The translations under genes and the position numbers were made by a program. A stretch of 64,000 nucleotides of DNA from an uncultured Bacilli bacterium (GTDB taxonomy: Bacteria; Bacillota_I; Bacilli_A; RF39; UBA660). The stretch is from contig CANRDE010000001.1 of NCBI GenBank assembly GCA_947629325.1, forward strand, positions 4,028 through 68,027, given 5' to 3'. Below the pieces are notes generated by a model. The model was not told the DNA's origin. It worked only from the letters and a program-made list of their open reading frames with translations, and made no database searches. Below, in pieces: positions 1 to 10,021 of this stretch (within the stretch, counting starts at the first letter, position 1; each line of letters opens with the position of its first letter).

Positions 1-1087
1 TTTTATAGATTCTGCTAAAGACAATGAAAAAGAAAAAATACAAACCTTTACTGCTAAATTAATAGCTACTGGAGATGGCTTAGCTCATCCAGCTGTCTAT
101 AACTCAGGATATAATAAAGAAACTAATTCTTATGATTTTAGTGATATGTTAGCTTTTACTAAAGAAAAACTTAAAGGCTATGACATAAAATACTATAATC
201 AAGAAACTATTTTTGATGATTCTAAAAGTTATAGTGGATATCCTACGTTTAATACTCCCAGTGGGTTTGGAACAAGTATGCTAGCTGCTGGTTTTAATTT
301 AGTATCACTAGCGACCAATCATTCTATGGATAGAGGCAGCGAAAGTGCCAAAGCAAGTGCTAAATGGTGGGAAGAGCAAAAAAATATTTTAGCTACCGGG
401 ATGGCTTCTACACCCGAAAAAAGAAATGAACATAAAATTATGAATGCCAATGGAATAACTTATACGATGTTATCATATACCTATGGAACTAATGGAATAC
501 CAGTTACAGAAGATTATACAGTTAATTTATTTAATGAAGAACAAGTAAAAGCCGACATAGCCGCAGTAAGAGATAAGGTTGATGTTTTAATTGTAGCTAT
601 GCACTGGGGAATTGAATATCAACAAAATGCTACTGAAATTCAAAAGCAACAAGCAAAATTTTTAGCTGATAATGGGGTTGATATTGTATTAGGGACTCAC
701 TCTCATTGTATAGAACCATGGGAATGGATAGATGATACCGTAGTATTCTACTCTTTTGGCAATTTTGTTTCTAACCAAATGGATTTAACTAATCCCATGC
801 AAAAAAAGATTGCGGTTATTGGAATGTTTGCCACATTAGATATAACTAAAACAGTAGACACGGAACAAAATACAACTACTATAAAAATAGATAATATTGG
901 AGCCGACTTAAATTATTCTTATAAATTTTACAACAAAGACAAAGGCAAATATGATTTTTTAGTAATCCCCTTTAGTAAAATGGAAGCCCAATATTTAAAT
1001 AATTACGAAAGTATTTATAATGAATTTAGTGCAGTTTTAAAAAAGTATGACTCGAATATAAATATTGAGCCCTTGCCAATATCCTAA
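1..1087 (+). CDS. CapA/PgsA-family metallophosphatase (poly-gamma-glutamate synthesis-like), 5'-partial
   Basis: The frame stays open from nt 2 into the listed ORF. Motifs MHWGIEY, GTHSHCIEP and YSFGNF are typical of the CapA family. The gene runs off the window start. Confidence 0.65.
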   Translation, partial: FIDSAKDNEKEKIQTFTAKLIATGDGLAHPAVYNSGYNKETNSYDFSDMLAFTKEKLKGYDIKYYNQETIFDDSKSYSGYPTFNTPSGFGTSMLAAGFNLVSLATNHSMDRGSESAKASAKWWEEQKNILATGMASTPEKRNEHKIMNANGITYTMLSYTYGTNGIPVTEDYTVNLFNEEQVKADIAAVRDKVDVLIVAMHWGIEYQQNATEIQKQQAKFLADNGVDIVLGTHSHCIEPWEWIDDTVVFYSFGNFVSNQMDLTNPMQKKIAVIGMFATLDITKTVDTEQNTTTIKIDNIGADLNYSYKFYNKDKGKYDFLVIPFSKMEAQYLNNYESIYNEFSAVLKKYDSNINIEPLPIS

Positions 1088-1123
1088 AAAACAAAAATCT
1101 TATCTATATTGTGATAAGATTTT

Positions 1124-2161
1124 TTAATTAAGTTTTAAAGTTAAAATATTTACTAATTTTCGATCTTCTAAAAACTGGGTAAAAACATTTTCAATTTCTT
1201 TTTTAATATTTTGATCTATTGGCTCTGAAAAAGAAGCCATTTCTTCTTGTAAAAAACTTTTAAATTTATTTACATCTTCTTTTTCTACTATTTGTAATGC
1301 CACCCTAATAATTATTTGAGATAAAATAAATTTGGCAATTGCTTCATTATCAGTAGTAAAAAACAATTGCATAATATTTTCAATTTGATCATATAAAATT
1401 TCTGTTCCATAATCTCTTTTTATTTCTTCTAAATCATCTACATTATTTAGCTGAGCGATAATTGTCGAATTCCAATATAAATTTTTTTCAGGAGTAAAAT
1501 CATTATCTAAATAATCATTTAAATAATCGGCAAAAGCAAATACTATATTATATTTAAAATTAACCATATATTTCGATAAATGCTCATATTGAGGCTTGTT
1601 TAAATAGCTATTTAAAATTAGTAAAATAGTATGAATAATATCACTTTCAATGGCCATTTCCACCTTAGCTGTCGCAATATACTCAGCTTCTATTTGTTCC
1701 GGATTTTTAAATTTTGGCAAAGACGCCTCAACTAAATTTTTAATCTCTTCATCGTCAACATATTCATCTTCCAAATCAGTATCATCATTTAAATGCAAAT
1801 CATCTTTTTTTAATTTTAAAATTAAGTCTAATTTTTGCACTACCCTTGCGATGATTAAATCTTTATCATTACCATCAAATACCAAAGATAAAATATCGGA
1901 AAAATCAGGTTGATCAAATTTTACTAACCAAATTATAATGGCAGAAATTTTATATATATTACTGCCTATTTTTTGATATCCTTTCTTTTCTTCTTTTAAT
2001 AATTCTTGCAATTTCTCACTAAAAATTAAGTAATCAGTATCTTTTTGATTTTTAGATTCTAATTCGGCTAGCTTATTAAATATATTTTTCACCTGTTCAG
2101 TTATAGTTAAAAGATTATAAACATCTTCATAATCTTCTTTTGTTAATTCGTATCTTTTCAT
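1124..2161 (-). CDS. hypothetical acidic, helical protein (345 aa)
   Basis: Long ORF with a 4-nt ATGA overlap onto the upstream gene. No recognisable motif. Confidence 0.5.
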   Translation of the reverse strand: MKRYELTKEDYEDVYNLLTITEQVKNIFNKLAELESKNQKDTDYLIFSEKLQELLKEEKKGYQKIGSNIYKISAIIIWLVKFDQPDFSDILSLVFDGNDKDLIIARVVQKLDLILKLKKDDLHLNDDTDLEDEYVDDEEIKNLVEASLPKFKNPEQIEAEYIATAKVEMAIESDIIHTILLILNSYLNKPQYEHLSKYMVNFKYNIVFAFADYLNDYLDNDFTPEKNLYWNSTIIAQLNNVDDLEEIKRDYGTEILYDQIENIMQLFFTTDNEAIAKFILSQIIIRVALQIVEKEDVNKFKSFLQEEMASFSEPIDQNIKKEIENVFTQFLEDRKLVNILTLKLN

Positions 2162-3123
2162 AGAAATCTTACTAAATTAATATGGCCTCTATCATTAGAA
2201 GAATCTTTTATAATAGATAACATAGTTTCTGAGGTCAAATTATCATCACCTACTAGATTTTTCATAAAAATCAATTTTTGGACTTCATCTACTACTTTAG
2301 CTTTAGTAGTATCTAAAATAAATTGTTGAGACACTCTAAATAATAAACAATTTAGAAAAAATTTTTGAGCATTAGCTTGATCTTTTAAACTTTGTGTATT
2401 TTCAGATAGTATTTCTGCATAAATTTTGTTAAATGTACATGATATAAAAGATTCAGTCATTTTTTGACTTTCTTCTTCAGAATAACCATAATAAGTTTTA
2501 TAAAGAGGAGAACACCAATAAAGGATCGAATTTACTTTAAAATTCTTTTTAAGAAAGTCCGCTTCAATATTTTCAAAAAGAAAAGAAATATAATATTTAA
2601 TTTTTTGAAAATATTGTTTTATTGCCATTTCATCAGGATTATTTTGATTAGGAACAAAAGAATCTAAAAAATATAGTAAAGTATTTAAATAATCATTTTG
2701 GATAGAAACCATATAATTTAAAATATTTTGTTCTGGTTCTAATTTTTTTAAATATTGAAGAGGATAATCATCAAGAGAATTTAAGAAACATCTTTTAAAT
2801 AACTTATTAACAATTCGTCTTTGTTTTAATTCCTCCCGATTATTTTCTTTCTTAATAATTCCAAAATCTATTTCTACTTCAAAGCAATGACCAATATCTT
2901 TAACAAATTTATTTAGCATCGTTTGAGAAGCAAAAAAATCTAATTTGTCATATAAACTTTGCTCTAATTCTAAAGAAGACTTTAAACATTCCTCTAAAGC
3001 AATGTGTTCTGATGTATCTGCTCTATTTTCTAACTCATTTTTATATAATTTGTCATAGATTTCCATAATAGAATCTGTCATATTAATGATTTGTGTTTCT
3101 AATTCGTTAAAACGTTTCACCAT
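2158..3123 (-). CDS. hypothetical protein (321 aa), first gene of a two-gene operon
   Basis: Long ORF translationally coupled to 1124..2161. No recognisable motif. Confidence 0.5.
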   Translation of the reverse strand: MVKRFNELETQIINMTDSIMEIYDKLYKNELENRADTSEHIALEECLKSSLELEQSLYDKLDFFASQTMLNKFVKDIGHCFEVEIDFGIIKKENNREELKQRRIVNKLFKRCFLNSLDDYPLQYLKKLEPEQNILNYMVSIQNDYLNTLLYFLDSFVPNQNNPDEMAIKQYFQKIKYYISFLFENIEADFLKKNFKVNSILYWCSPLYKTYYGYSEEESQKMTESFISCTFNKIYAEILSENTQSLKDQANAQKFFLNCLLFRVSQQFILDTTKAKVVDEVQKLIFMKNLVGDDNLTSETMLSIIKDSSNDRGHINLVRFL

Positions 3124-3200
3124 TCCGCCCCCTAAATCTGTTTATTTATTATATAAAATAAGCTAAATAATGTCAATAAAAAAGAAGCCGTAGCTCCTTA

Positions 3201-3329
3201 TTAATATAATAAACTACCACCAAGAATTATAGCAAGTAGAATATATAATATTAACACTATAAAAAAGTAGTTGTAGTTATTATTGTTATTGTTTTGATTG
3301 TTTTGTTCACAACCTTTTGAACAAGCCAT
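3201..3329 (-). CDS. YjcZ-like small sporulation protein (42 aa)
   Basis: Unlisted ORF MACSKGCEQNNQNNNNNNYNYFFIVLILYILLAIILGGSLLY. It has a Cys/Asn-rich N-terminus and a hydrophobic FxxVLIL...LLxI tail, as in the YjcZ family. An AAGGAGG RBS lies 7 nt upstream. Confidence 0.55.
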   Translation of the reverse strand: MACSKGCEQNNQNNNNNNYNYFFIVLILYILLAIILGGSLLY

Positions 3330-3354
3330 AATATACCTCCTTAAAATTTAAAAA

Positions 3355-3441
3355 TTAAATATATGCTCCTAAGATTATAATTAATAAAATAAATAATACT
3401 AAAATGATAGCTGCGCCTAATCCATTATTTCCACAGTTCAT
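3355..3441 (-). CDS. YjcZ-like small sporulation protein (28 aa)
   Basis: Unlisted ORF MNCGNNGLGAAIILVLFILLIIILGAYI with an AGGAGG RBS. Same architecture as the neighbouring small gene. Confidence 0.5.
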   Translation of the reverse strand: MNCGNNGLGAAIILVLFILLIIILGAYI

Positions 3442-3562
3442 AGTTCACTCCTCCTTTATGTTTATTCATTAATAATTTATGGTTAATATTTTTAAGTGTG
3501 AGTGCTTAATTTATTGTATTTAATTTATTCCTTTGTTATAATAAGATTATTGGGAGGAAAAT

Positions 3563-4585
3563 ATGAAAAAAGGAATTATTTTAGGTATGATATGTCTTCT
3601 AGTCCTTTGTGGGTGTGGAAAAATACCTACTCTAAAAAATGGAGAAGAAGCTGTTGTTACATTTGCTAAAGATAAAAAAGAACATATGATAAGTGCAGAG
3701 TCACTATATGAAGAATTAAAAAATAAATTTGGTTTACAAGCAACAATCAATTTGATTAATACTTATATTTTTGAAACTGAATTTGCTGATTATATTGATA
3801 CTGCTAAACAATCTGCTCAAAGTTATATAGATGCTATGAAACAATCATATGATAGCGAAGAAGCTTTATTAGCTGACATTAGACGATATACTAATTATTC
3901 AACTGTAGAAGCTTACCAAGATTATATGTATTTAACTTTTATGGAATCTCATGCTTTAGAAGAATATGCTAAATCTCAAGTTAGCGATAAAGAAATTGAA
4001 GCTTTTTATAAAGATGAAGCTAAAGGAGATGTTGAAGTTTATCAAATTTTAATCACTCCAGAAGTTAAAGATGATATGACAGCAGATGAGAAAAAGAAAG
4101 CAGAAGAAGAGGCAAAAGCTAAGGCAGAAGAAGTTATTAATAAACTTGATAATGCGGAAGACAAATTAGCAACATTTAAAAAATTAGTTAAAGAATATTC
4201 TAATGATGATAGTACTAAAGATAAAGATGGAAACTTAGGCTTTATCAACTATAATGATTTAGCTTCTAACTACGATGAACTTCTTGATAGTGTTTACAAA
4301 CTAAAAGATGGTGAATATAGTAAAGAAGTAATTACAACTGAACTTGGTTATCATGTTGTATATAGAAATGCCTCTAAAGAAAAAGAATCTTTAGATGATT
4401 TAAAAGAAGAAATAATAGAAACTTTAGCAAATCGAAAAGTACAAAATAATAGCACAATTTCAATAGATTCTTTAAAATATTATAGAGAACTATATAATAT
4501 GAAAATAATTGATTCTACTTTAAATAGTCAATATGGAATTTATATGAATAACTTAATTAATAGTGCTACACAATCACAAGAGTAA
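3563..4585 (+). CDS. prsA: PrsA-like foldase lipoprotein (parvulin-type PPIase domain)
   Basis: Lipoprotein signal MKKGIILGMICLLVLCGCG. C-terminal parvulin-like segment GNLGF...ELGYHVVY. GGAGG RBS upstream. Confidence 0.65.
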   Translation: MKKGIILGMICLLVLCGCGKIPTLKNGEEAVVTFAKDKKEHMISAESLYEELKNKFGLQATINLINTYIFETEFADYIDTAKQSAQSYIDAMKQSYDSEEALLADIRRYTNYSTVEAYQDYMYLTFMESHALEEYAKSQVSDKEIEAFYKDEAKGDVEVYQILITPEVKDDMTADEKKKAEEEAKAKAEEVINKLDNAEDKLATFKKLVKEYSNDDSTKDKDGNLGFINYNDLASNYDELLDSVYKLKDGEYSKEVITTELGYHVVYRNASKEKESLDDLKEEIIETLANRKVQNNSTISIDSLKYYRELYNMKIIDSTLNSQYGIYMNNLINSATQSQE

Positions 4586-4591
4586 TCAAAT

Positions 4592-4619
4592 AAACCCCGT
4601 TTTTTAAAACGAGGTTTTT
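4592..4619. terminator. bidirectional hairpin terminator between convergent prsA and 4690..5550
   Basis: aaaccccgtttt-tt-aaaacgaggttt inverted repeat flanked by A/T runs. Confidence 0.5.
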
Positions 4620-4689
4620 ATATGCCAAAATAATAAGTCCTAATTTATTTATTAAATTAGGACTTAAATATTCTTTAAGAATTTTTAAT

Positions 4690-5550
4690 TTAATCGATTT
4701 TTCTACTAAAAGTTTGAGGAACTCGAACACCAATTTTTTTAAATTCATAATAGATGTCACTTAAAAATTCTCCACCCTCTAAATAATTCCATACTGGTTC
4801 TTGATCAGTACATTTGTGATAACCATTGCTCTCATCTTTAGTATAATATTCAATATAACCTAAAGCATTGGCATTAGTATCTGTTTCATCAAGAATATAA
4901 TGAGCTTTTATAACATTTTCCCGACCATTAAATTCTTTTAAATATTCATATATAACATAATGATTATTTTCCAAACCTTGATTTTTACAATATTCAATAT
5001 ATTCTTCATAACTACTAAAGTATTGATTGAAAGCTCCAATAATTTTAATTGGAACTGGTAAGGAAATTTCCATTTCATCATCAATTATATTAGCAGAAGG
5101 ATGTTTAAAATTGAATTTCATTCCGTTAGTTTCATAAATTTTTTGGACTTCTTCTAAAGTAATATTAGGCTTATACCATTCAACATGAGAATCTTTTTTA
5201 AATCTCTTAGTTTCTCCTCGTAAAAGATATAAATCTTTAATTTGGTTTTTAGCTATAGCACTAGTAGAAGGAACTTCTTTATTAAAACCAATATCATTTA
5301 TAATTAAATTAATATATATAGCTGTTATAAGCCATTTTTCATCACATGATTGGTCATAAAAATACTTTTTACAAATATCATATAAATATGATAATATTTT
5401 AAACCCTTCTTCTTCATTAACTCCGTCTGGTAAAGTAAACAATGGTAAGGTAAAATCATCTATTCCAAAACAATTATGGCCATCTCCAGACTTAAATAGT
5501 CTATTATAATGGATATAATGAAACCGATAATAATTTTTTTTATTTTCCAT
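4690..5550 (-). CDS. hypothetical protein (286 aa)
   Basis: Long ORF; no recognisable motif. Confidence 0.45.
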   Translation of the reverse strand: MENKKNYYRFHYIHYNRLFKSGDGHNCFGIDDFTLPLFTLPDGVNEEEGFKILSYLYDICKKYFYDQSCDEKWLITAIYINLIINDIGFNKEVPSTSAIAKNQIKDLYLLRGETKRFKKDSHVEWYKPNITLEEVQKIYETNGMKFNFKHPSANIIDDEMEISLPVPIKIIGAFNQYFSSYEEYIEYCKNQGLENNHYVIYEYLKEFNGRENVIKAHYILDETDTNANALGYIEYYTKDESNGYHKCTDQEPVWNYLEGGEFLSDIYYEFKKIGVRVPQTFSRKID

Positions 5551-5604
5551 AATATAATCCTTTCTTTAACTAGATATATATTCTAGTATATTTAATTGTC
5601 TTTT

Positions 5605-6345
5605 TCAAGTATTAAAATTAAAACCTTTTTGTCTTAATTTCATTTTTATTCGATATTCTAATTCTTCGCCCTCATACTTTTTACTTAATTTAGTTTTTAA
5701 TTTATTATATTCTTTTTCATAAATTTCTTTATTATCATTAAAATTATATTCCTTTATAATAAAGTTAATATCTTCTTTTAAGAAGCCTTTAGTAATTAAG
5801 TCTTGCATTAACTTATTTTTCAAGCCTAAACCAGATAAATTATGATTGCTACTAATTTTTTTAGTTATGTATTTATTTATTTTATCATACCAAATATCCT
5901 TACTAAAATTGTTCAAATAATTATTTATTTCATTTTCTTTAAAACCTAATTTAATTAATTCAAAAACAATTTTATTTGGCCCTACTAATTTTAAATTTAT
6001 AGCATCATTTACATAACTTTTGATATATAAATTAGAATCTAAATAACCTTCATTCTTTAATTTATTCAAGGTATATTGAATAGCCTCTTTACTAAAGCCA
6101 TTTAATCTTTTTATTATTTCTTTTTCAGTTCTTAATTTAGTGCTTAAAAATTTAAGGGCAATATAATAACTTTCAACATAACTATTATATTGAATAATTT
6201 CAGCTAATTTTGACTCCTCTATTTCTTTAGATAATAAAAGGCCGTATTTTAAAATAACCTCATCATACAAACAAATCTTTTCTTGATTAGATAATGTTAC
6301 TTCATAAATACTACCTTTTTTTTTCTTATAATTACTTATTTTCAT
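5605..6345 (-). CDS. recX: RecX-like regulatory protein
   Basis: Three tandem ~50-aa helical repeats and a C-terminal LRQKGF, as in RecX/YfhG. Confidence 0.55.
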   Translation of the reverse strand: MKISNYKKKKGSIYEVTLSNQEKICLYDEVILKYGLLLSKEIEESKLAEIIQYNSYVESYYIALKFLSTKLRTEKEIIKRLNGFSKEAIQYTLNKLKNEGYLDSNLYIKSYVNDAINLKLVGPNKIVFELIKLGFKENEINNYLNNFSKDIWYDKINKYITKKISSNHNLSGLGLKNKLMQDLITKGFLKEDINFIIKEYNFNDNKEIYEKEYNKLKTKLSKKYEGEELEYRIKMKLRQKGFNFNT

Positions 6346-7303
6346 ATGTTTGACATGCCTTACTTAAATCTTTAATTAAATTATCTACATCTTCCATTTT
6401 AGTAAGCCGAGCTCCAGAAGCAAATTTATGACCGCCACCATTATATTTGCTAGCAATTTCATTAATAATAGGCCCTCTACTTCTAATACTTATTTTGTAT
6501 TGATTATTTTTAACGTCTTCCGTGACAAACATCCAAACTAAAATCTCTTCAATAAAATTATAACCATTTATTAAGTTAGAAGGCGTTGCGGCATCAACAT
6601 TAAAATCTTTTAAATCTTGATCACTTATTTTTATGTATGCAAATTTATTTTCATCAACAATTAGATTATTAGTAATAAAAGCAATAAATTTATGTTCGGA
6701 CAAAGGCCTAGTATATAAGACTTCGTAAAGAGAAGAAAAATCAATTTGACTTTCTTTTATTAAAGAACTTACCGTGGCAAAAGTTTCATAACTGGTATTT
6801 TTTAAAGAAAACCGTTCACTATCTGAAACTATTCCTAAAAATAAATTTTCGGCAATTTTAGCATTTAATTTTAACTTTGTATTTAAAATTAATTCGGTTA
6901 CCATTTGACTGGTACTAGATTTACTTTCATCAGTCCAATCTACCAATCCTTCAATATCTTCTTTAGGATGATGATCAATTTTCAAAATACTTTTATATTT
7001 TAGCCCCTCTATTCCATCAACTCTTATCATATTAGGAACATCTAGTACAATTAAAAGGGGATTATTTAATTCCTCATAGTTAGGATGATTTAAACTACCA
7101 TAAGATTTGAATTTAGCAACACTTATACCAACAGCATAAACTTTTTTCTGAGGAAATGTTAAAAGAATAGAATCCCTTAAAGCAATTTGAGAAGCAATAG
7201 CATCGGGATCGGGACCGATATGTCTAGCTATTACAATTTTATCATATTTCTTTATTTCCCGATATATTTTATTTAATATATTTTTATTTATTATAAGTAT
7301 CAC
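6332..7303 (-). CDS. nrnA: DHH/DHHA1 phosphoesterase, NrnA-type nanoRNase/pAp phosphatase
   Basis: DHH motif (KIDHHPK) and DHHA1 GGGH motif (YNGGGHKFASGA). Confidence 0.8.
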   Translation of the reverse strand: MILIINKNILNKIYREIKKYDKIVIARHIGPDPDAIASQIALRDSILLTFPQKKVYAVGISVAKFKSYGSLNHPNYEELNNPLLIVLDVPNMIRVDGIEGLKYKSILKIDHHPKEDIEGLVDWTDESKSSTSQMVTELILNTKLKLNAKIAENLFLGIVSDSERFSLKNTSYETFATVSSLIKESQIDFSSLYEVLYTRPLSEHKFIAFITNNLIVDENKFAYIKISDQDLKDFNVDAATPSNLINGYNFIEEILVWMFVTEDVKNNQYKISIRSRGPIINEIASKYNGGGHKFASGARLTKMEDVDNLIKDLSKACQTYENK

Positions 7304-7307
7304 CTAC

Positions 7308-8486
7308 TTAACTAATTAATTCCATGGTATCTATAGCAATCATTAATTCTTCATTAGTAGGAACAACATAAACTGGAATTTTAGAGTCGTCGGTAGAAAT
7401 TAATCTGAATTCTCCTCTAAAATCATTTTTAGTTTTATCTAATTTTACGCCCAAACTTTGAATACGATCAATTATCATTTCACGCATAGTTTTAGAGTTT
7501 TCTCCTACTCCTGCGGTTAAAGTTATAACGTCAGCGCCATTTAATAAATTATTGTACATCGCAATATAATTCGCAATCTTTTGCGCATACATTTTTTGAG
7601 CTAATATAGCTTTTTCATCGCCTTCATTAGCAGCTTGTTCAATATCACGACTATCACTAGAAATACCAGTAACTCCCAATAGGCCACTCTTTTTATTTAA
7701 TTCATTTACTACTTCTTCGGCAGTAAGACCAGTTTTGTTCATTACAAAAGGAATTATAGAGGGATCAATATCGCCTGAACGAGTTCCCATCATAATACCG
7801 GCTAAAGGAGTAAATCCCATAGAAGTATCAATAACGTTGCCAGAATCAATGGCGCATAAACTTCCTCCATTACCTATATGACATGATATTACTTTTAAAT
7901 TATCTCTCTTTAAATATTCTGATATAGTTTTGTAAATAAAACGATGGCTTGTTCCATGAAAACCATATTTTCTAATTCCATATTTTGTATACCATTCATA
8001 TGGAACCGGATAAAGATAATTTTCTTCTTTCATAGTTTGATGAAACGTCGTATCAAAAACTCCCACATTTTTTACTTTAGGAAGAACTTTCATAAAAGCC
8101 CGAACTCCCATAATATTGGCTGGATTATGAAGCGGACCTAACTCATTATATTTTTCTATTCTCTTTAAAATGTCTTCATCTAAAAGAATAGATTTAGTAA
8201 ATTCTTGACCACCATGAAGTATTCTATGTCCTACTCCTTCAATTTCCTCTAAAGAATTAACAATTTTATTATCTAATAATTCATCAATTAATTTAGAAAC
8301 TGCTATTGAATGATCTTTTAATTCACATTCTTTTACGATTTTCTCTCCATTATATTTTATAGTATATTGACTATTATTCATTCCTATTTTTTCAAATAGT
8401 CCACTTGCTAAAACTTCTCTACTAGGTAGCTCGATTAAAGTGAATTTCAAAGAAGAACTACCCGCATTTACAGATAAAATTTTCAT
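7308..8486 (-). CDS. ackA: acetate kinase
   Basis: N-terminal MKILSVNAGSSSLKF and the conserved acetate/propionate kinase signature. Confidence 0.95.
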   Translation of the reverse strand: MKILSVNAGSSSLKFTLIELPSREVLASGLFEKIGMNNSQYTIKYNGEKIVKECELKDHSIAVSKLIDELLDNKIVNSLEEIEGVGHRILHGGQEFTKSILLDEDILKRIEKYNELGPLHNPANIMGVRAFMKVLPKVKNVGVFDTTFHQTMKEENYLYPVPYEWYTKYGIRKYGFHGTSHRFIYKTISEYLKRDNLKVISCHIGNGGSLCAIDSGNVIDTSMGFTPLAGIMMGTRSGDIDPSIIPFVMNKTGLTAEEVVNELNKKSGLLGVTGISSDSRDIEQAANEGDEKAILAQKMYAQKIANYIAMYNNLLNGADVITLTAGVGENSKTMREMIIDRIQSLGVKLDKTKNDFRGEFRLISTDDSKIPVYVVPTNEELMIAIDTMELIS

Positions 8487-8585
8487 TTAAACACCTCTCT
8501 TACATTATAAAGGACGATTAGCTTTTTGTAAATAAAGAAAGAGGCTAATTTTGACTAAATAAAAGGAAATAACTATTGTATTTCC

Positions 8586-8774
8586 TTATTTATTTTTATT
8601 AATTTTTCGGTTTAAATGATCTTTACTTTTCATCTTATTTAAATCAGAATTGCCTTTATCTTTATTATTGCTTTCAAAATTATATTCATAAGGATTAAAG
8701 TAATTAATCATTCTTTCTCTAAAGTTCTCATTTAAAAAATCAAAATTTTTATAATTACTATTATTTTTTAACAT
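8586..8774 (-). CDS. small Lys/Asn-rich hypothetical protein (62 aa)
   Basis: GGTGA RBS 4 nt upstream. A perfect 9-bp hairpin (8563..8587) overlaps the stop codon. Confidence 0.3.
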   Translation of the reverse strand: MLKNNSNYKNFDFLNENFRERMINYFNPYEYNFESNNKDKGNSDLNKMKSKDHLNRKINKNK

Positions 8775-8818
8775 TTTATCACCATTTATATTATGGCTTA
8801 AAACTTAATGTTAATACG

Positions 8819-10021
8819 CTATAATAAATCTTGAAATTCTAATTCTTCTTCACCCTTAATCGTTATAGTTTTATGATTTTTAATAGCATTGTATATTAAA
8901 TCCTTATAAGGAATTAAACTTTCATATTCTTCGCATTTTTCTTTTAAAGGGTTTATAACAGGATGATCGGGAACAAAAATAGTACAACAATCCTCGTATG
9001 GTAAAATACTAGTATCATAAGTATCTATTTTTTTAGCTATTTCAATTATTTCTAATTTATCAAAACAAGCAACTGGTCTTATAATAGGAATTTTAACCAC
9101 ATCGTTTATCACACTTAAGCTTGTAAGAGTTTGACTGGCAACTTGACCAATTGATTCCCCATTTACAATAATTTTAGCATTGCTTTTTTTAGCTATTATT
9201 TCACTTATTCGGTACATCATTCTTCGCATGATAGTAATTAAATAATCATGAGGAATATTTTTATAAATAGCTTCTTGGATTTCCGTAAAGTTGATAACAT
9301 GTAACTTTAAATCATTATTATATACTGCTAATTTTTGCGCTAGCCGTTTTACTTTATCTAAAGCGGCTTCACTAGTATGCGGAGGGCTTTCAAAATAAAT
9401 AGCTTCTAATTTAACGCCTCTTTTGATAGCTAGATAGCCTCCGACTGGGGAATCAATACCTCCACTTAACATCAATAACCCTTTGCCTAAACTAGAAACT
9501 GGATACCCGCCAATTCCTTTGATTCCCTCAAAATATAAAAGAACTTCTTGTAATCTGATTTCTACATTTACAATTAAATCAGGATTATTAACATCTACTT
9601 TAATATTAGATAAATTTTTCAAAATATGAGCCCCAATAAGTTTACGTAAATTCATGCCATCTATTTCATATTTTTTATCACTTCTTTTTACTTCAACTTT
9701 AAAAGTTTTAAACTCTTTATCTTTTAATATTTTAATTATGTTTTCATTAATGGCATCTAAACTGCGATCACTAAATTTATACGCTACTACTATTTCTTGA
9801 ATACCAAAAATATTCTTTAATTTAGCAATGGTTTCGGTAAAATCATTTTCCGAAGGAATTATAAACATTCGCCCATAATCATATTTTATTTCTACTTTAT
9901 CTTTTAAAACATGTTTTATATTGTTATTTAATATTTTTAGGAAGAAATTTCTATTATCCTTTTTAGTTGATAATTCTCCATATTTCAAAAAGATAATTTT
10001 TTCCATGAACTCACCTACCAA
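8819..10021 (-). CDS. thiI: tRNA 4-thiouridine synthase / sulfurtransferase ThiI
   Basis: N-terminal THUMP region LKYGELSTK and PP-loop SGGIDSPV. Confidence 0.9.
   Translation of the reverse strand: MVGEFMEKIIFLKYGELSTKKDNRNFFLKILNNNIKHVLKDKVEIKYDYGRMFIIPSENDFTETIAKLKNIFGIQEIVVAYKFSDRSLDAINENIIKILKDKEFKTFKVEVKRSDKKYEIDGMNLRKLIGAHILKNLSNIKVDVNNPDLIVNVEIRLQEVLLYFEGIKGIGGYPVSSLGKGLLMLSGGIDSPVGGYLAIKRGVKLEAIYFESPPHTSEAALDKVKRLAQKLAVYNNDLKLHVINFTEIQEAIYKNIPHDYLITIMRRMMYRISEIIAKKSNAKIIVNGESIGQVASQTLTSLSVINDVVKIPIIRPVACFDKLEIIEIAKKIDTYDTSILPYEDCCTIFVPDHPVINPLKEKCEEYESLIPYKDLIYNAIKNHKTITIKGEEELEFQDLL

Noticed and set aside
1650-1913. Antisense 87-aa ORF inside 1124..2161, and the many similar 60 to 140-aa antisense ORFs inside polC, dnaE, ligA, ileS, gerA and others (for example 20560..20742, 21055..21339, 27852..28271, 57119..57373, 63332..63562)
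   Set aside because: They lie wholly inside long, well-supported genes on the opposite strand. They have low-complexity Ser/Ile/Phe/Lys composition typical of AT-rich antisense frames, and no RBS.
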